From: Squalus acanthias
Taxonomy: Eukaryota
NCBI GenBank assembly: GCA_030390025.1
Contig: CM059431.1
Span: 120,592,001-120,656,000 of the forward strand
DNA length: 64,000 nt
Direction of reading: 5' to 3'
Made by a program: the position numbers and the translations under genes. The notes under the pieces are model-generated. The model was not told the DNA's origin and did no database searches. It was given only the letters and a program-made list of their open reading frames with translations. Below, piece after piece: positions 51,660-63,628 of the stretch; the stretch's first letter is position 1; every line of letters begins with the position of its first letter.

Positions 51660-51699
51660 TTTGAAATGCTCACTGCCCCTGCCAGACAAAATAAAAATC
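51660..51699 (-). CDS. Candidate small coding exon (40 bp; xIFILSGRGSEHFK)
   Basis: Very strong acceptor tttattttattcttttgcttcag|; donor AAA|gtaatg (alternative GCA|gtgagc 14 nt earlier). Confidence 0.3.
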
Positions 51700-52546
51700 C
51701 TGAAGCAAAAGAATAAAATAAACATATTGACAATAATATCCAAATCAAAATTACACTAATAATCTCTTCAGTGCATTATCAAACCTGTTTAGCCCAGATT
51801 TAGCTCTAATCCATTCTATTTCCACATAACGCAGACACCAAGATGGTCCCCACATTTGAAGAGTCACACATGCTGCCTCTTCCTACCCCAATCCCTTATT
51901 TGATCTCATAACGGATGTCACAGCTCTCAACCCCAAGCCCTTCCTGAGCACAGCAGGACCCACTTGCTCACCCAACCGATCTAATTCTGGTTTGTATGCA
52001 GCACTGAACAAAGTTTGACAAGAGAAAGGAGATTAATTAAAGCAAAGCAACAGGTAACCAGAAAGAAAGCACAATAATTCTACAGCTCGCTCAGTATGCC
52101 AATCAAAAATCTTACAAATTTACCACTTTGCAGGAAAACATAATTCCCTTTGTGTACCCTTACAGTATGGTATGGTATTAATACATTCACAATGTGATTA
52201 CTTTGTTTAACTACCTTTGCAGAATTTCAAAATTTGCAGATGACACAAAACTTGGAAGTATAGTGAACAGTGAGGAGGATAGTGATAGACTTCAAGAGGA
52301 CATAGACAGGCTGGTGGAATGGGTGGACATGTGGCAGATGAAATTTAATGCAGAAAAGTGCGAAGTGATACATTTTGGTAAAAAGAATGAAGAGAGGAAA
52401 TATAAACTAAAGGATACAATCCTAAAGGGGGTGCATGAACAGCGAGACCTAGGGTATATGTGCACAAATCTTTGAAGCTGGCAGGGCAGGTTGAGAAAGC
52501 AGTTAAAAAAGCTTATGGGATCCTGGGCTATATGAACAGAGGTATT

Positions 52547-55500
52547 GGGCTGGATTTTACCAGCCCTGAGGAGGCGTGCTACTTGTTAAAATCGCCAAAA
52601 ATGGTGGGCGGGCCCGATCCCCCCTCTGAGCAATTTTCCCAAATGTGTGCTTTTTTACCCCCTTTCTATCCCGCCTCCCAGAGGCGGGATAGGCCCTTAA
52701 GGCCCTTAACAAACACTTTATTGCCTCTATAATCCCATTTTGAGAGGCCTTTCCACTTTTTAGACATTCCCCCCATCCTACACGCCTCGTCTGGAACACG
52801 CCAGGTAATGCTGGTGGCCTCACAAATCGATTGCTTACTCACAGCTGCAGCTCCACCATTACAAAGGAGTTTTCACCAATGATCATTTGCAGGTGGCAGA
52901 ACTTTGTTGTCTCAGGTCTGGGGGAACTTTTAGCAGGCCTACTCATTGTTGTGGAAGTTTGGAGCCTGACACCCACCTCCAGTGTGATCTCCTGGGAAAC
53001 CCCTCTCCCCACCTTGACTAAGCGCTTCCTCAACTGAGGCATATACTAGAAGCACGACGACCGTTTAATTCCATTCCTCCTGGACATCAGATTCGGATGA
53101 AGACCAGCCGCGGCAGCAGCAGAACCATGAGCAACAGCAGCACCAACAGCAGGAGCATCAACAGGAGCGCCAAGCTGCTAGTCACCCACCTGAAGATGCA
53201 CAGGCCAGAAGGCGTCAGCGCGCGACAACATTGCTGCCTGGGATGCAAGGGACGCACTCATCCTGGCCAGATTTGCTTAGCCTGCACAATCAAACACTTT
53301 AGTCTCACTCCTTCTTACCAGAGCATCGACAATGGACAAGAACCTGCGGAATCCTATCACTCTGACCACCATTCTGACAATCGCAAGGCGCCCTAAGCCC
53401 TCAATGTGAAAGTCTCATTTGCGAAATGAAAGGCCACAACTTCAACAGTTTGCCATAAAAACACTTTGTAATACAATCACAATGATGGGTGGTCTAAAAA
53501 CAAAACAACACAGCTGACTACTTGTGCTTTATCTTCCTCTTACGCATGCCCCTACGTGGTGCTTCCCCTGTGGCTTCAGCAGATGTGGAGGCCCCTTGCT
53601 TACTCTCTGCTGCTCCTGTCTTGATGCCTTTGGCGGGCGTCCTCTGGGGTGGCGAACCTGTGAGGGCTTGGCAACAGTCTGCTGCTCCTACGGCTGTGCA
53701 GGGTCTGAGATGCCCATCTCAGTTGGGTGAGGACTCTGGTGGGACTCTGACCGAGGGCTTTGCTGTGGCATGGACGTGTGAGCGCTTGGAGGGGAGTCCC
53801 CACTTCCTTGTTGTCTGCCACCAACATCCCACTCATGGGTCAGCCCCACTTCAGAGTTAGCAAGTGGCTTGACAGCACCTTGCTGCATTGCAGGGGGGCC
53901 ATCAGGACCTGTTTCTGCACTGGAAGTCCTACTCCAGAGGACTTGCATGAAGGTCTGGTTTGTTTGCTCAATAGCTGACCATTGCTCCTCAAGAGATGTC
54001 ATTCTATTCTGAACAATGACCATGTTTTCAATACCCTGGCGACTAAGCTCCTCCATGGACGTAGCCATCCTCTCCTCTACCGTAGCCATCCTCTCCTCTA
54101 CGGTAGCCAGCCTTACCATGGAGTTAGCCATCCTTTACATGGAGGTTGCCATCCTTTCCGCGGTGATGCGTTCATGCGCCAATGCCTCCACAAAGGCTCT
54201 GCTCATGTTCGTGATGGACTCCTCCATGCGCGCCACACTCGCAGCGACCCTGGAGACAGAACCTGCCAGAGACTCCTGCACCTGTTCCTGGAGTTCCAGC
54301 ACTGCTCTCCTTCTGGATGGACCCAGAGGCACAGGGTCGACATGCAGCTGAGCCGAGCTGGCAGAGTCCTGCGCCCTCCGATGAGGACTCTCCACTGCTG
54401 ACCCTGTCTCCACCATCTGCTGATGCTCACTTATGAGCTGTGATACACCAGGTGCCAACACTACTCTATCTCGTGAAGGTCCCACCGAGGTGTGAGTGTC
54501 TGCGCTGGTGCTGGGTGTGCTGAATTCTGCTGACGCTGCACCCTCAGAGGTTGCAGCTTCCTCTGAGGAGTCTGGAGGCTCAGGTTGTTCCTCCTGGATA
54601 GTGGGGACGGGGGCTTCCGATGGTCCTGTGGGGGAGCAAAGGAAAGAGTTAGAGATGTGAGGCCAAGGTTACATGCACATTGAATATTGCAGATGATCAT
54701 AAGTCAATCTGTTAGAGCATCTGAATCATTATCAGTGACTTATGCTATGTCAATGAGAGAGATTCCAAACTATTCTGTCACCAGCTTGCTGTGATGCGCC
54801 CATCTGTCCATCCCCCACTTGTGTATCGCCCTCGATCCTAGCGATTTCTAGGGCCGCCTCCTTCCAGGCGGTGAGCTGGGCTACTGAGAGTGGCCCTCCT
54901 CCTGTCATGGCTCTTTCCCTCTTATTGTGGGCTCTCTTTTCCTGCAATGAGGGACACAAGTGGAGTTTGAGTGAGAATGAAGGAGTGATTGTAGTGAATG
55001 CATAGCATAGATGCTTAGAATGATACAAAGGACCCTCCCGGTGTGTTGTAAGTTGTTGTTGTCATGGCATCACAGTGATAGGGAGTGTGAGGGCTGCATG
55101 GTCGACTAGTTAATTGCATGTGACCATAGAGAGAGAGGGAATGGGTAAGGGTGCAGGGATGTAAGTGTGAAGTGGCATGTGGAGGAAGAGTTTGGCAAAG
55201 CAGAGTGCTGGTGAGGAGAGGCGATGGGGATCATATTGAGGATGATGGGAAAGTCATACTCACTTTTCCAGTGCGGCGAAGGTCATGAAACTCTTCATCC
55301 ATTGCGGCCAGGTTCTGTGGCTCATTGAAATGGAGTTGACCTTCTGGGCCACTTGTAGCCACACAGCTTTTGTCTGCTGGGGTGGCTTTTTTCTCCCCGA
55401 GGAAGGAAACAGCCCCTCCTTATTACAGCTGGCTCTGTGCACCAGAGCTTGGAGAGAGGGCTCATCAAACTGAGAACACACATTTGCTTGATTGTTGACA

Positions 55501-55781
55501 TTTTCCACAATTCAACTCCTTCATATAAATTGCAAAGCCTTTGCAGTCTCCAGAAGAATCAAGGCTGCTTGCAGGCCTTAAATCCAACAGCATTGATGAC
55601 ATCATCGGAGGCGACTTTCTATATGAAAAGGCTCATTGGGCCAGGGGTTCCCACACGCAGGAAATCAATTGCCCAATTAGGGGAAAATCCCACTTTTTCA
55701 ACACATCACTTAGGAGTCGCGGTCCTAACATGATTTCCATCTGACACGCCCCAGCCCGCCCACACAGACAAAATCCAGCCC
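52547..55781. mobile_element. PIF/Harbinger copy 3 (3235 bp): transposase core deleted, Myb gene retained on the minus strand (53518-~55495)
   Basis: Perfect 12-bp TIR GGGCTGGATTTT; degenerate TSD att/aga (from ATA); transposase N- and C-termini fused at ~53215-53225. Confidence 0.92.
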
Positions 55782-55851
55782 AGAGAGTACAAAAGCGTGG
55801 AAATTATGATGAACTTGTATAAAACACTGGTTCAACCTCAACTGGAGTACT

Positions 55852-57305
55852 GGGCCGTATTTTGCGACCCCTACAGGTGCGTACGAGCTGCGCACTTGCC
55901 CGTAGAGGCCGCGCAAGTTCCGGGTTTAGGCGTGTGGAGCGCATGCGCTAAAACCCGAAATTTGCTATCTGTCAAGAATCTTCTTGACAGATCCTCCGCA
56001 TCCCCGGGAGATGGGCCTCTGCGGGTGGAGAGTTGCGCTATTTGCCCATCCTTCGCACGCTGAATGCCCGTGAAATTCTTCTGCCTGGTAAAAGCAGGCA
56101 TCAGGCCAGCTTTTACCAGCATAAGAGTTTTAAAAAAATAAAATTTTATCACTCATTTATACATTAAAAACCCTGTCCAATAAGGTAAGTTTATTTTTAG
56201 CCCGGTTAAAACATGGGCCTGAATTTCCGATCGGAAGCTTCCTGCGGGCGGATGCCTCCGATCGAAAAAACTCTACGAACCTACCTGCTGGTTCCGTAGA
56301 TCCCAAGGCTTCCGATCCTGGGCCTCTCCTGTTGGAAATGCGCAGAGGCCCAGGTATCCTAAAGGCGCATGCGGCTCGCAAGCGCCCCTGGGATCACGTG
56401 GGCCAGGCGAACCAATCAAAGAAGGGAATCCCCCTTCATACTTTTGACAGTTCTGTATGCAAAGGACTTTCAAAAGTATGAATGGGGATCATATTTAAAA
56501 ACACACTAAAATATGAAATAAATTTTAAAAAAACATTACATATTTAAAATTAATTAAAATGACATTTAATTTAATATTTTAAACAAAAATTTAATTTTTT
56601 TGAAGAAAAAAAGTTAAATATTTTTACGGGGCTAAAAATAAACTTACCTTATTTTTTTTTTTAAAGAGTATTTTTAATTTATAAATGAATTATCAAATTT
56701 CATTTTTCTATTTTTTTTAAACTCTTAAGCTGGTAAAAGCAGACCTTACGCCTGCTTTTACCCGGCGTAAGAATTTGACAGTCATTCAGTGGGCAGAAGT
56801 TGTGCAAAAAGCGCAACTCTCCACCCGCAGAGGCACTATTCTTGTGCATGCGGATGATCTGTTAAGAGAATTCTTGACAGATCGTGTAAATTCTTTTTTT
56901 CAAAAATTTAAATTTTTGTTTCAAAAAATGTAATTTTTGTTTAAAATATTTAATTAAATGGCATTTTAATTAATTTAAACTATGTAATTTTTAAAAATGT
57001 ATTTCATGTGTTCGGGTATTTTTTAAGTGATCCCCATTCATACTTATGGGAGTTCTGTACGTACAGAACTCTGATAAGTATGAATGGGGATTCCCTTCTT
57101 TTATTTGTTGGGGCGGCCCACGTGATCCCAGGGGTGCTTGCAAACCGCCTGCGCCCCTGGGATACCTGGGCCTCTGCCCCCACGTACCCGGAGACGCCCA
57201 GGATCGCAATCTTCCGTATCTCCAGGGCCACTAGGTAAACGCGTAGATATTTTACAGGTCGGAGGCATCCGCCCGCGGGAAGCCTCCGATCGCAAACGCT
57301 GGGCC
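55852..57305. mobile_element. Hairpin-rich non-autonomous Harbinger-like element with an inverted copy of itself inside
   Basis: TSD act/att; 55960-56205 is inverted at 56625-56885 and 56215-56610 is inverted at 56890-57305. Confidence 0.8.
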
Positions 57306-58027
57306 ATTGTGTCCAATTCTGGGCACCACACTTTAGGAAGGATGTGAAGGCCTTACAGAGGGTGCAGAAGATTTACGAGAATGATTCCAGGGATGAGGGA
57401 CTTCAGTTACGTGGATAGACCGGCGAAGCTGGGGTTGTTCTCCTTTAAGGTGATTGACAAAAGAACCAAAGGCGACATGAGGAAAAACGTGTTTACGCAG
57501 CGAGTGGTTAGGATCTGGAATGCAATGCCTGAAATGGTGGTGGAGGTAGACTCAATCATGGCTTTCAAAAGGGATTTGGATAAGTACCTGAATGAAAACA
57601 TATTTGCAGGGTTGCAGGGAAAGGGCAGGGGAGTGGGACTAGCTGAAGTGTTCTTGCAGAGAGCCGGCATGGACTCGATGGGCCAAATGACCTTCTTCCA
57701 TGATGTAACCATTCTATGATTCAGATAAAAGCAGACAGTGAGAGGAAGGGAGATCAAAATGGGAAGAGAGAAAGAAAAAGACTCAGGGTAAAGTGAACAG
57801 AGTCAGGAATCCAAAGAGAAGCATGAGGAGGCTGGAATAGTGGTGGTGACAGATATTAATGCACTTATTTACCAGGTGCTTTGGATCTTGTTCAGGAAAG
57901 CGACTACGGTGTGCTGCTCCCTCTCTCCCTTTTACGTTCAATGTAGGAGTCTTCCTGTATAATACTATGGGACTTAACTGAATAGGGAGACCCAAAGTGC
58001 AAACTGATTTTGTGCAGAAAAAAATGG

Positions 58028-58876
58028 TGAGATAATTTTAACCCTAAAAAACTGGCGGGTTTTGGTCGGGTGGGAGGTTAAAGTGTTAAAAATTTGAATC
58101 CCAAACCCAACTCACTTTGAACCTGCACACTTCTGGTTTTAACTGAGGCTAGACGGTGGGGGCAGGGGGCAAGCGACCTGCTGCAAGGAGGCGGGTGGTT
58201 CATTTAAATATTTTAATGAGGCTGTGTGCCTCACATTTTTTCTCCATTTTAGGTTTAACCCTTGCCGGTCAGATTTATCAGGTCTTGGGAAACCCGGCAA
58301 CTAAAAGGTGAGGACTGCTGGATCCAGCAGGTAAGTGCCTTTCCAGCACTGCTTGTGGGCCAGGAGGAGCAGGAGTGCTTCCCCCGGCCCACCAGACCTA
58401 CCTGTAAACCACTCCCGCAATCTGCTGATCACCTTCCCCCCGCCCCCCGCGCGATCGGCTGTCCCCCCCCACGATCGGAACTCCCCAGCAGTCTTTCCAA
58501 ACCATCCCTTCTCTGCGCTACCCGGCTGCGGCCTTCTATCTCCACCCCCTCCTTCCTTTCCGATCATACCCCCCCCACCCCGGATTTTCCAATCTTCACT
58601 CCTTAACGCCCCTCCAGCCTCTGAACTTCCTCTCGTCCCCAGCATTTCCGATCCCTCCCTTCCTCCCTCCCGCTCCGCGGCTATGGTCTGGTGTTGTAGG
58701 TCTACCCACCCGACAACCAACCAGTCTCTCAATCTGGTTGGCTGCGGACGGGAAACAGAGACAAAAAATGTTAATCAGGTCCTTCCATTAAATTTTGCAG
58801 GACCCGAGGGAAACCCATTCTTCCGGGTCTCCCAAACGCAAAACAACCCCCGCTCCCTCCCTGCAAATATCAAGGC
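58028..58876 (+). mobile_element. GC/C-rich non-autonomous Harbinger-like element (best local reference copy)
   Basis: Homologous to 1-421, 23575-24100, 31695-32782 and 50614-51416; internal CAG|GTAAGT at 58331. Confidence 0.75.
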
Positions 58877-59237
58877 TATTCTGTTTTGGCTGTGAGAAGA
58901 AGGTCATCAGTGTTGAAAAGTAAATTGCTGGGGATTAATGGTGATTAATGTTTCATTGTCAATCTCTACATCGGACAGTGTGAACAGAAAACATGATAAT
59001 TGACATGTCTGTCTTCTCATTAATACTGGTCAAGTACTCCTTACTAAAAACAAAGCATTTATGCAAATGAGTCTAATATATTGCAATTAAAGTCTCGCCA
59101 ATCATAGTTGGAAACATAGCAGCCGCTGTTGAGCAGATGCTATAGTTTACAAATGTATTATCATAGCTGCAGAAAGAGCTGCCCAATTGCATTAACATGA
59201 CGGTATAGTCAGAGACCCGCGTTCTTGTGAAGAGTCA

Positions 59238-59795
59238 GCATGGATCAGATGGTAGTGAGTCAGAAGGCTGTGGGTTGAAGTGCCAAAAGAAAAAAAAAGA
59301 CAGACTTGCATTTATATAGCGCCTTTCGCGACCACTGGACGTCCCAAAGCGTTTTACTGCCAATGAAGTACTTTTGAAGTGTAGTCACTGTTGTAATATC
59401 ACTCCAGAAGAATGGGTTTCCCTCGGGTCCTGCAGTAATAAAGGAGTTTGCAATGGGGGAGGTGCTGCCATTTTGAATGAGACATCAATTTGAGTCGAAT
59501 AAAAATTCAGTCACCTGTTTGATGCATCTATGGAGAGCAAATTGGCTGCTACTATTCAGGTGGAAGCGAGAGATACCATGTCATTATTTGAGGAAGAGCA
59601 GGCAGTTCTTTCTGTGTCCTGGTCAACATACCTCCTTCAACCAGCACTATCAAAACACAGATTAATTGGTCATTCATCTCATCGTTTGTAAGATCTTGCT
59701 GTATACAAAACGATTGCTGACAGTCACTGCACTTCAAAGTAACTCATTAGGTGTGAAACACCGAGACATTTTGACATGATAAATGCAAGTCTTTT
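59238..59795 (+). mobile_element. DeuSINE (SacSINE1-like) with an antisense SINE tail inserted at ~59287-59398
   Basis: caggtgga..gaggaagagcaggcagttct...tcctggtcaaca...aaaacacagatta..ggtcatt; tail aaaaaaagacagacttgcatttatatagcgcc. Confidence 0.7.
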
Positions 59796-60899
59796 TCAGG
59801 TAAGCATATTTTCTGTTGATGAATTTCTTTGCCATTTTCAACACTGATGAAATCTGGCTCCCCTCTGTGTTGTCCCTTCTCAGTCTCCGCTTTGCTAGCT
59901 CACTTCCCACTCCCACAGCACTCCTTAAACAAAGGGCAATATGAAAATCAAGAAAAAAAACATTCTTTTAGAGATTGATTTTTAATTCATTTAAAAAATA
60001 TTGTAAATAGTAAATAAATAGGAGTGCGGAACCCTATAGGGCGAGTGTTTAAATTGCCTCTTCACCACTGGGGATCTTTTAAATAAAAGGTTTTTAAAAA
60101 CACAAAAGGCATTACATATTTTAATGAAATACTTTAAAAAATAATTATTTCCTTTTTTGAAAAACTTTTATTAAATAATGAAACCCCACTGGCAGATAGG
60201 GGACTGGTAGCATATGGAAAATTAAATAATAATATGTGATTTAAAAATCAACACAAAATGGCTGTTGATGAACTATTCGAGGTTAACTGTGGCTCTCTAA
60301 CAGTTTCTGGAAGACTTAATGTCGGCTCATTAACCTCGATCTTGCTGGTTTCTGCTGCAGGCATAAATCATATGCTAGAATGCTTACAAAATTGGTTGAC
60401 CAATGGAACAACAGGAAGGAAGCTTCTGTTAACTGCATTAAGGAAGCAACTAAATCTCGGCACCTGTGGAAAGGAGAGTTGGCCAGTAGTTTACTTAATA
60501 ATATTACTGTAAAATGGCAACCAGGGCTGGCCAGTGTCATTTTGTTGTCCAGGCATTGGAAGCACTGATACAGGAGGTCTGGTATAACAGGCTTGGGATT
60601 AATTCAAAAATAGGGACAAGCGATAAATGCTGGACTTGCCAGCGACACCCACATCTCAAGAATTTTTTTTTTTTTTAAATGCAGTCTCCAGAATGCATCA
60701 GAACCAGAGAGATTGAAAGAGAGTGGCTAACATTAAAACATAGTTAAGGCAATACTAAAGTACTGTTTTCGCCCCGATTAGACATACCCTGAAATGTAAG
60801 ATCATGACCTGTAAATCATTTTGTGTTGAACCATGATAACCACTAATAGAAGCTTAACCTGTGCAGTGCAGCCACTAGAGAAACTGAGCACTAAAAGCT

Positions 60900-61450
60900 T
60901 ACCTTGACATAACTCAAACTGTGGGTACTCAAAAATCTCAAAAGGAACATCCTTGTAAGTCAGTTTAGCCTCTGTACTTTAGGAAAGCCAGAAGTCCTGT
61001 CATGCTGCTGTTGCTGTTCATTGGGAAAGGAGATGGAGCTGTTGGACATGTGGAATAAAAGTTCAGTCACCTGTTTGACGCATACATGGACAGCAAATTG
61101 GCTGACACTACTAACCTGGAAGGACTAAGAGGCATAAAAACTTGAGGGTCATGGTAATCTGGCAGTGCCGACCCGATGAGTAAGGTTGTCCGAAGGTCTT
61201 CCTGAAACAGATAGTACAGCCCTATAATTGTTCTCCTGCTAAGCCTCAGCTTTTGGAGACAGTGCTGTTCACTCACTGCTACACAGCTGTGCGTGGGCCT
61301 TTAAAATCCAATGAGTGGCATAGTGGCAGGTCTGGACAGTATGCCTTTGTTGCCACCTAACATCCCTGGCAGCTCTTCTCTGCTCCTGCTCATCCTCCTC
61401 AGCTAAGTCAAGTACCGCGGAACACTGAAAGCAATCCCCATTATAATGAA
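60900..61450 (-). pseudogene. Old Harbinger transposase N-terminal remnant
   Basis: SEQHCLQKLRLSRRTIIGLYYLFQEDL...SALP, homologous to MSEHQCLWRLRLS...LLEEDL. Confidence 0.6.
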
Positions 61451-63039
61451 CGTCCTGTCACCAGAATCTCAGTGGAACAGCATTTCACTTCAGAATCCTG
61501 ACACATGACTTGGCTTATTTGCAATACATGACTAAAATGGGTGGTAGGAGTGTATTGCACATGATGCACGAAGCCTGTAATTTGTTACACTACCCCCTTA
61601 ATGAGCAATTATACCACCCTCAACATCTCCACAACAATTTCAGAGCAGGCCCAAAACAAGCAGCATGCAAGCATTATACCGCAGTCTTCACATTATACTG
61701 TCTATTACCACTTTATTGCCATCAGAATAAAGGTATATTGCCAACAGTAATTTATACGGCAACACACAGTTTAAAAGGAAATGATGTAAAACTTCTTTCT
61801 CTCATTGTAGATTATCTATTGCTAACTGGGAGAATGTTGTTTTAAAATTTGAAGAAAAATATTTAAGTTCCATATGGCAAATCAGGATTGAAGCCCCAGA
61901 GTAGTGTGTAAATCTTCTGTCTGCGTTAAGAAATATTTTTAAAATGAATAAAATAAAGCAACATTTTTATCACATGAAAACTTTCTTTTCTAGCAATAGC
62001 AGAAAATTACTCGGGGGCAAGAACTTTAAATTAAAAATTTGGAAACGTAAGCAAGATACTGTATTAAACTCAACTGAATTATTTCAGGTTAAGGTTAGAT
62101 CCATGATCCAATGTAAGAGGAAGGAAAAAAAATCAGAAAAGTTTATCGACAGGCCATTATAAGCACTGTCTGCTTTGATTCGTTCAGATCCTGGCAAATC
62201 CAATAACACAGTTTCCAAAATATGGTACTTTCCTTGTATTTCTGCTCAGGACTATCTGTGACAAGTCTGGGAAAAAAGCAGGGTTAATCCTACTAGGCTG
62301 GATCAAGCAACAGAACGTGTGATTTTTTCTTCACCTTGCCCAATCACTTATTTGACTATATTTAAATCTAGCATTGAAAATTTCCACTGGTTCACATGGA
62401 TGGAAGTTGCAATTTATCAGTCATATATATTTGCTGCATGGTTTGTTAATACGTCTGGGTGTGGGGTTTGGCTGATTTCCAGGCTTGCACACACGTGATT
62501 AGTATGAGTGTACAAATTAAACATATAAGGGGATCAATTTTTCACCCAACATCGTGCATAATCCACGTCTAAACTGGGAAATAAAGACTGAAATCCTGTC
62601 CACTGACCTCAATCAGTATATTTTTTTCACAATTTTATTTTAGGTAATCAGGGGTAATTTGGTTAGTGCTTGATTAAGGCGTGAAACGGGTGGTGTGACT
62701 GCAGCACGTAACTGAAGAGGTCGGCCCGAGCATTTCTCGAGATTGGTCCTCATGTTTAATAATCGCAGTGAGCTGTCGGGGCCTGTCGTCCCTCCAGAAG
62801 CAGTCGCAGGATCAACTTGGACCGGCTGCCTCATCATCAACTAAGTCCTGCCAGGGGAGAAGTATCGAAGGGGGAGAAGGATGGGCGGGGGATGATCGTG
62901 GGATGGCAGAAACCTGCAATAGTGCTGTGGAGCCGCAAGGAGCACGCCTGCTTCCTCCAGCTTCACGTAGGTGTAAGTTTAAAAGAAAATTATTGACCTT
63001 TTTATCCGTGGCCTCCAGCGGTCCTTGAATCTAATTTTC

Positions 63040-63617
63040 CTTTCGGAGATGCAATGGTCTCTGCTGCAACTGTTCCTTGTGACAAAGCATTCCATTTTCC
63101 ACCAACCCTCCATGCAAAAAATGTTCCTAACCCCTTTCCTTAGTCTCCTAATAATTTTAAATCAATGAGTCCTTGTCATGGACTCCCCAACCAGGAGAAA
63201 TAGTCTTTCCCTATTCACTCTATCAAAACCCGTCATATGTTTAAAACCCTCTATTAAATCCCATCTTAGCCTTTGCCAAGTCCCAGGACCTCAAGTATCT
63301 CCTCATAATTATAGTTTCCCAACCCTAACATCGTCTTGGTGAATCTGTGTTGTATGTGCTTGTAGTTTTAATGCCCTTTCTATAATGGGGCACACAAAAC
63401 TGCAAACAGTACTCACTCGAATTGTGAACTAACCAATATTTTGTACAGATGTCATTATTTCTATACACTTGTACCCCTGTTTATAAAACTCAGATGACAT
63501 TGGCTTGTTATGGCTTTACCTATCTGCACTGGCACTTTTAACCCCTAGGCCCCTCTGTTTATCTACACCCTTCAGCGTCTTTACATAGTCTTTATATTCC
63601 CATTTATATTCCCACCA
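63040..63617 (-). mobile_element. Degraded CR1 fragment
   Basis: Reverse-complement similarity to CR1 C-terminal coding region (gcattccattttccaccaaccctc, attaaatcccatcttagcc). Confidence 0.65.
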
Positions 63618-63628
63618 CTGAAGGGTGT

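Larger units (their letters stand above)
52215..57720 (+). mobile_element. CR1 3' fragment split into 52215-52546, 55782-55851 and 57306-57720
   Basis: ISKFADDTKLGS; continuity across both insertions; same subfamily as 26814-28025. Confidence 0.88.

Noticed and set aside
59049..59068. SOX-like aacaaag next to octamer ATGCAAAT as an enhancer
   Set aside because: Not the canonical Sox-Oct composite; a single 8-mer is expected by chance in 64 kb of AT-rich DNA
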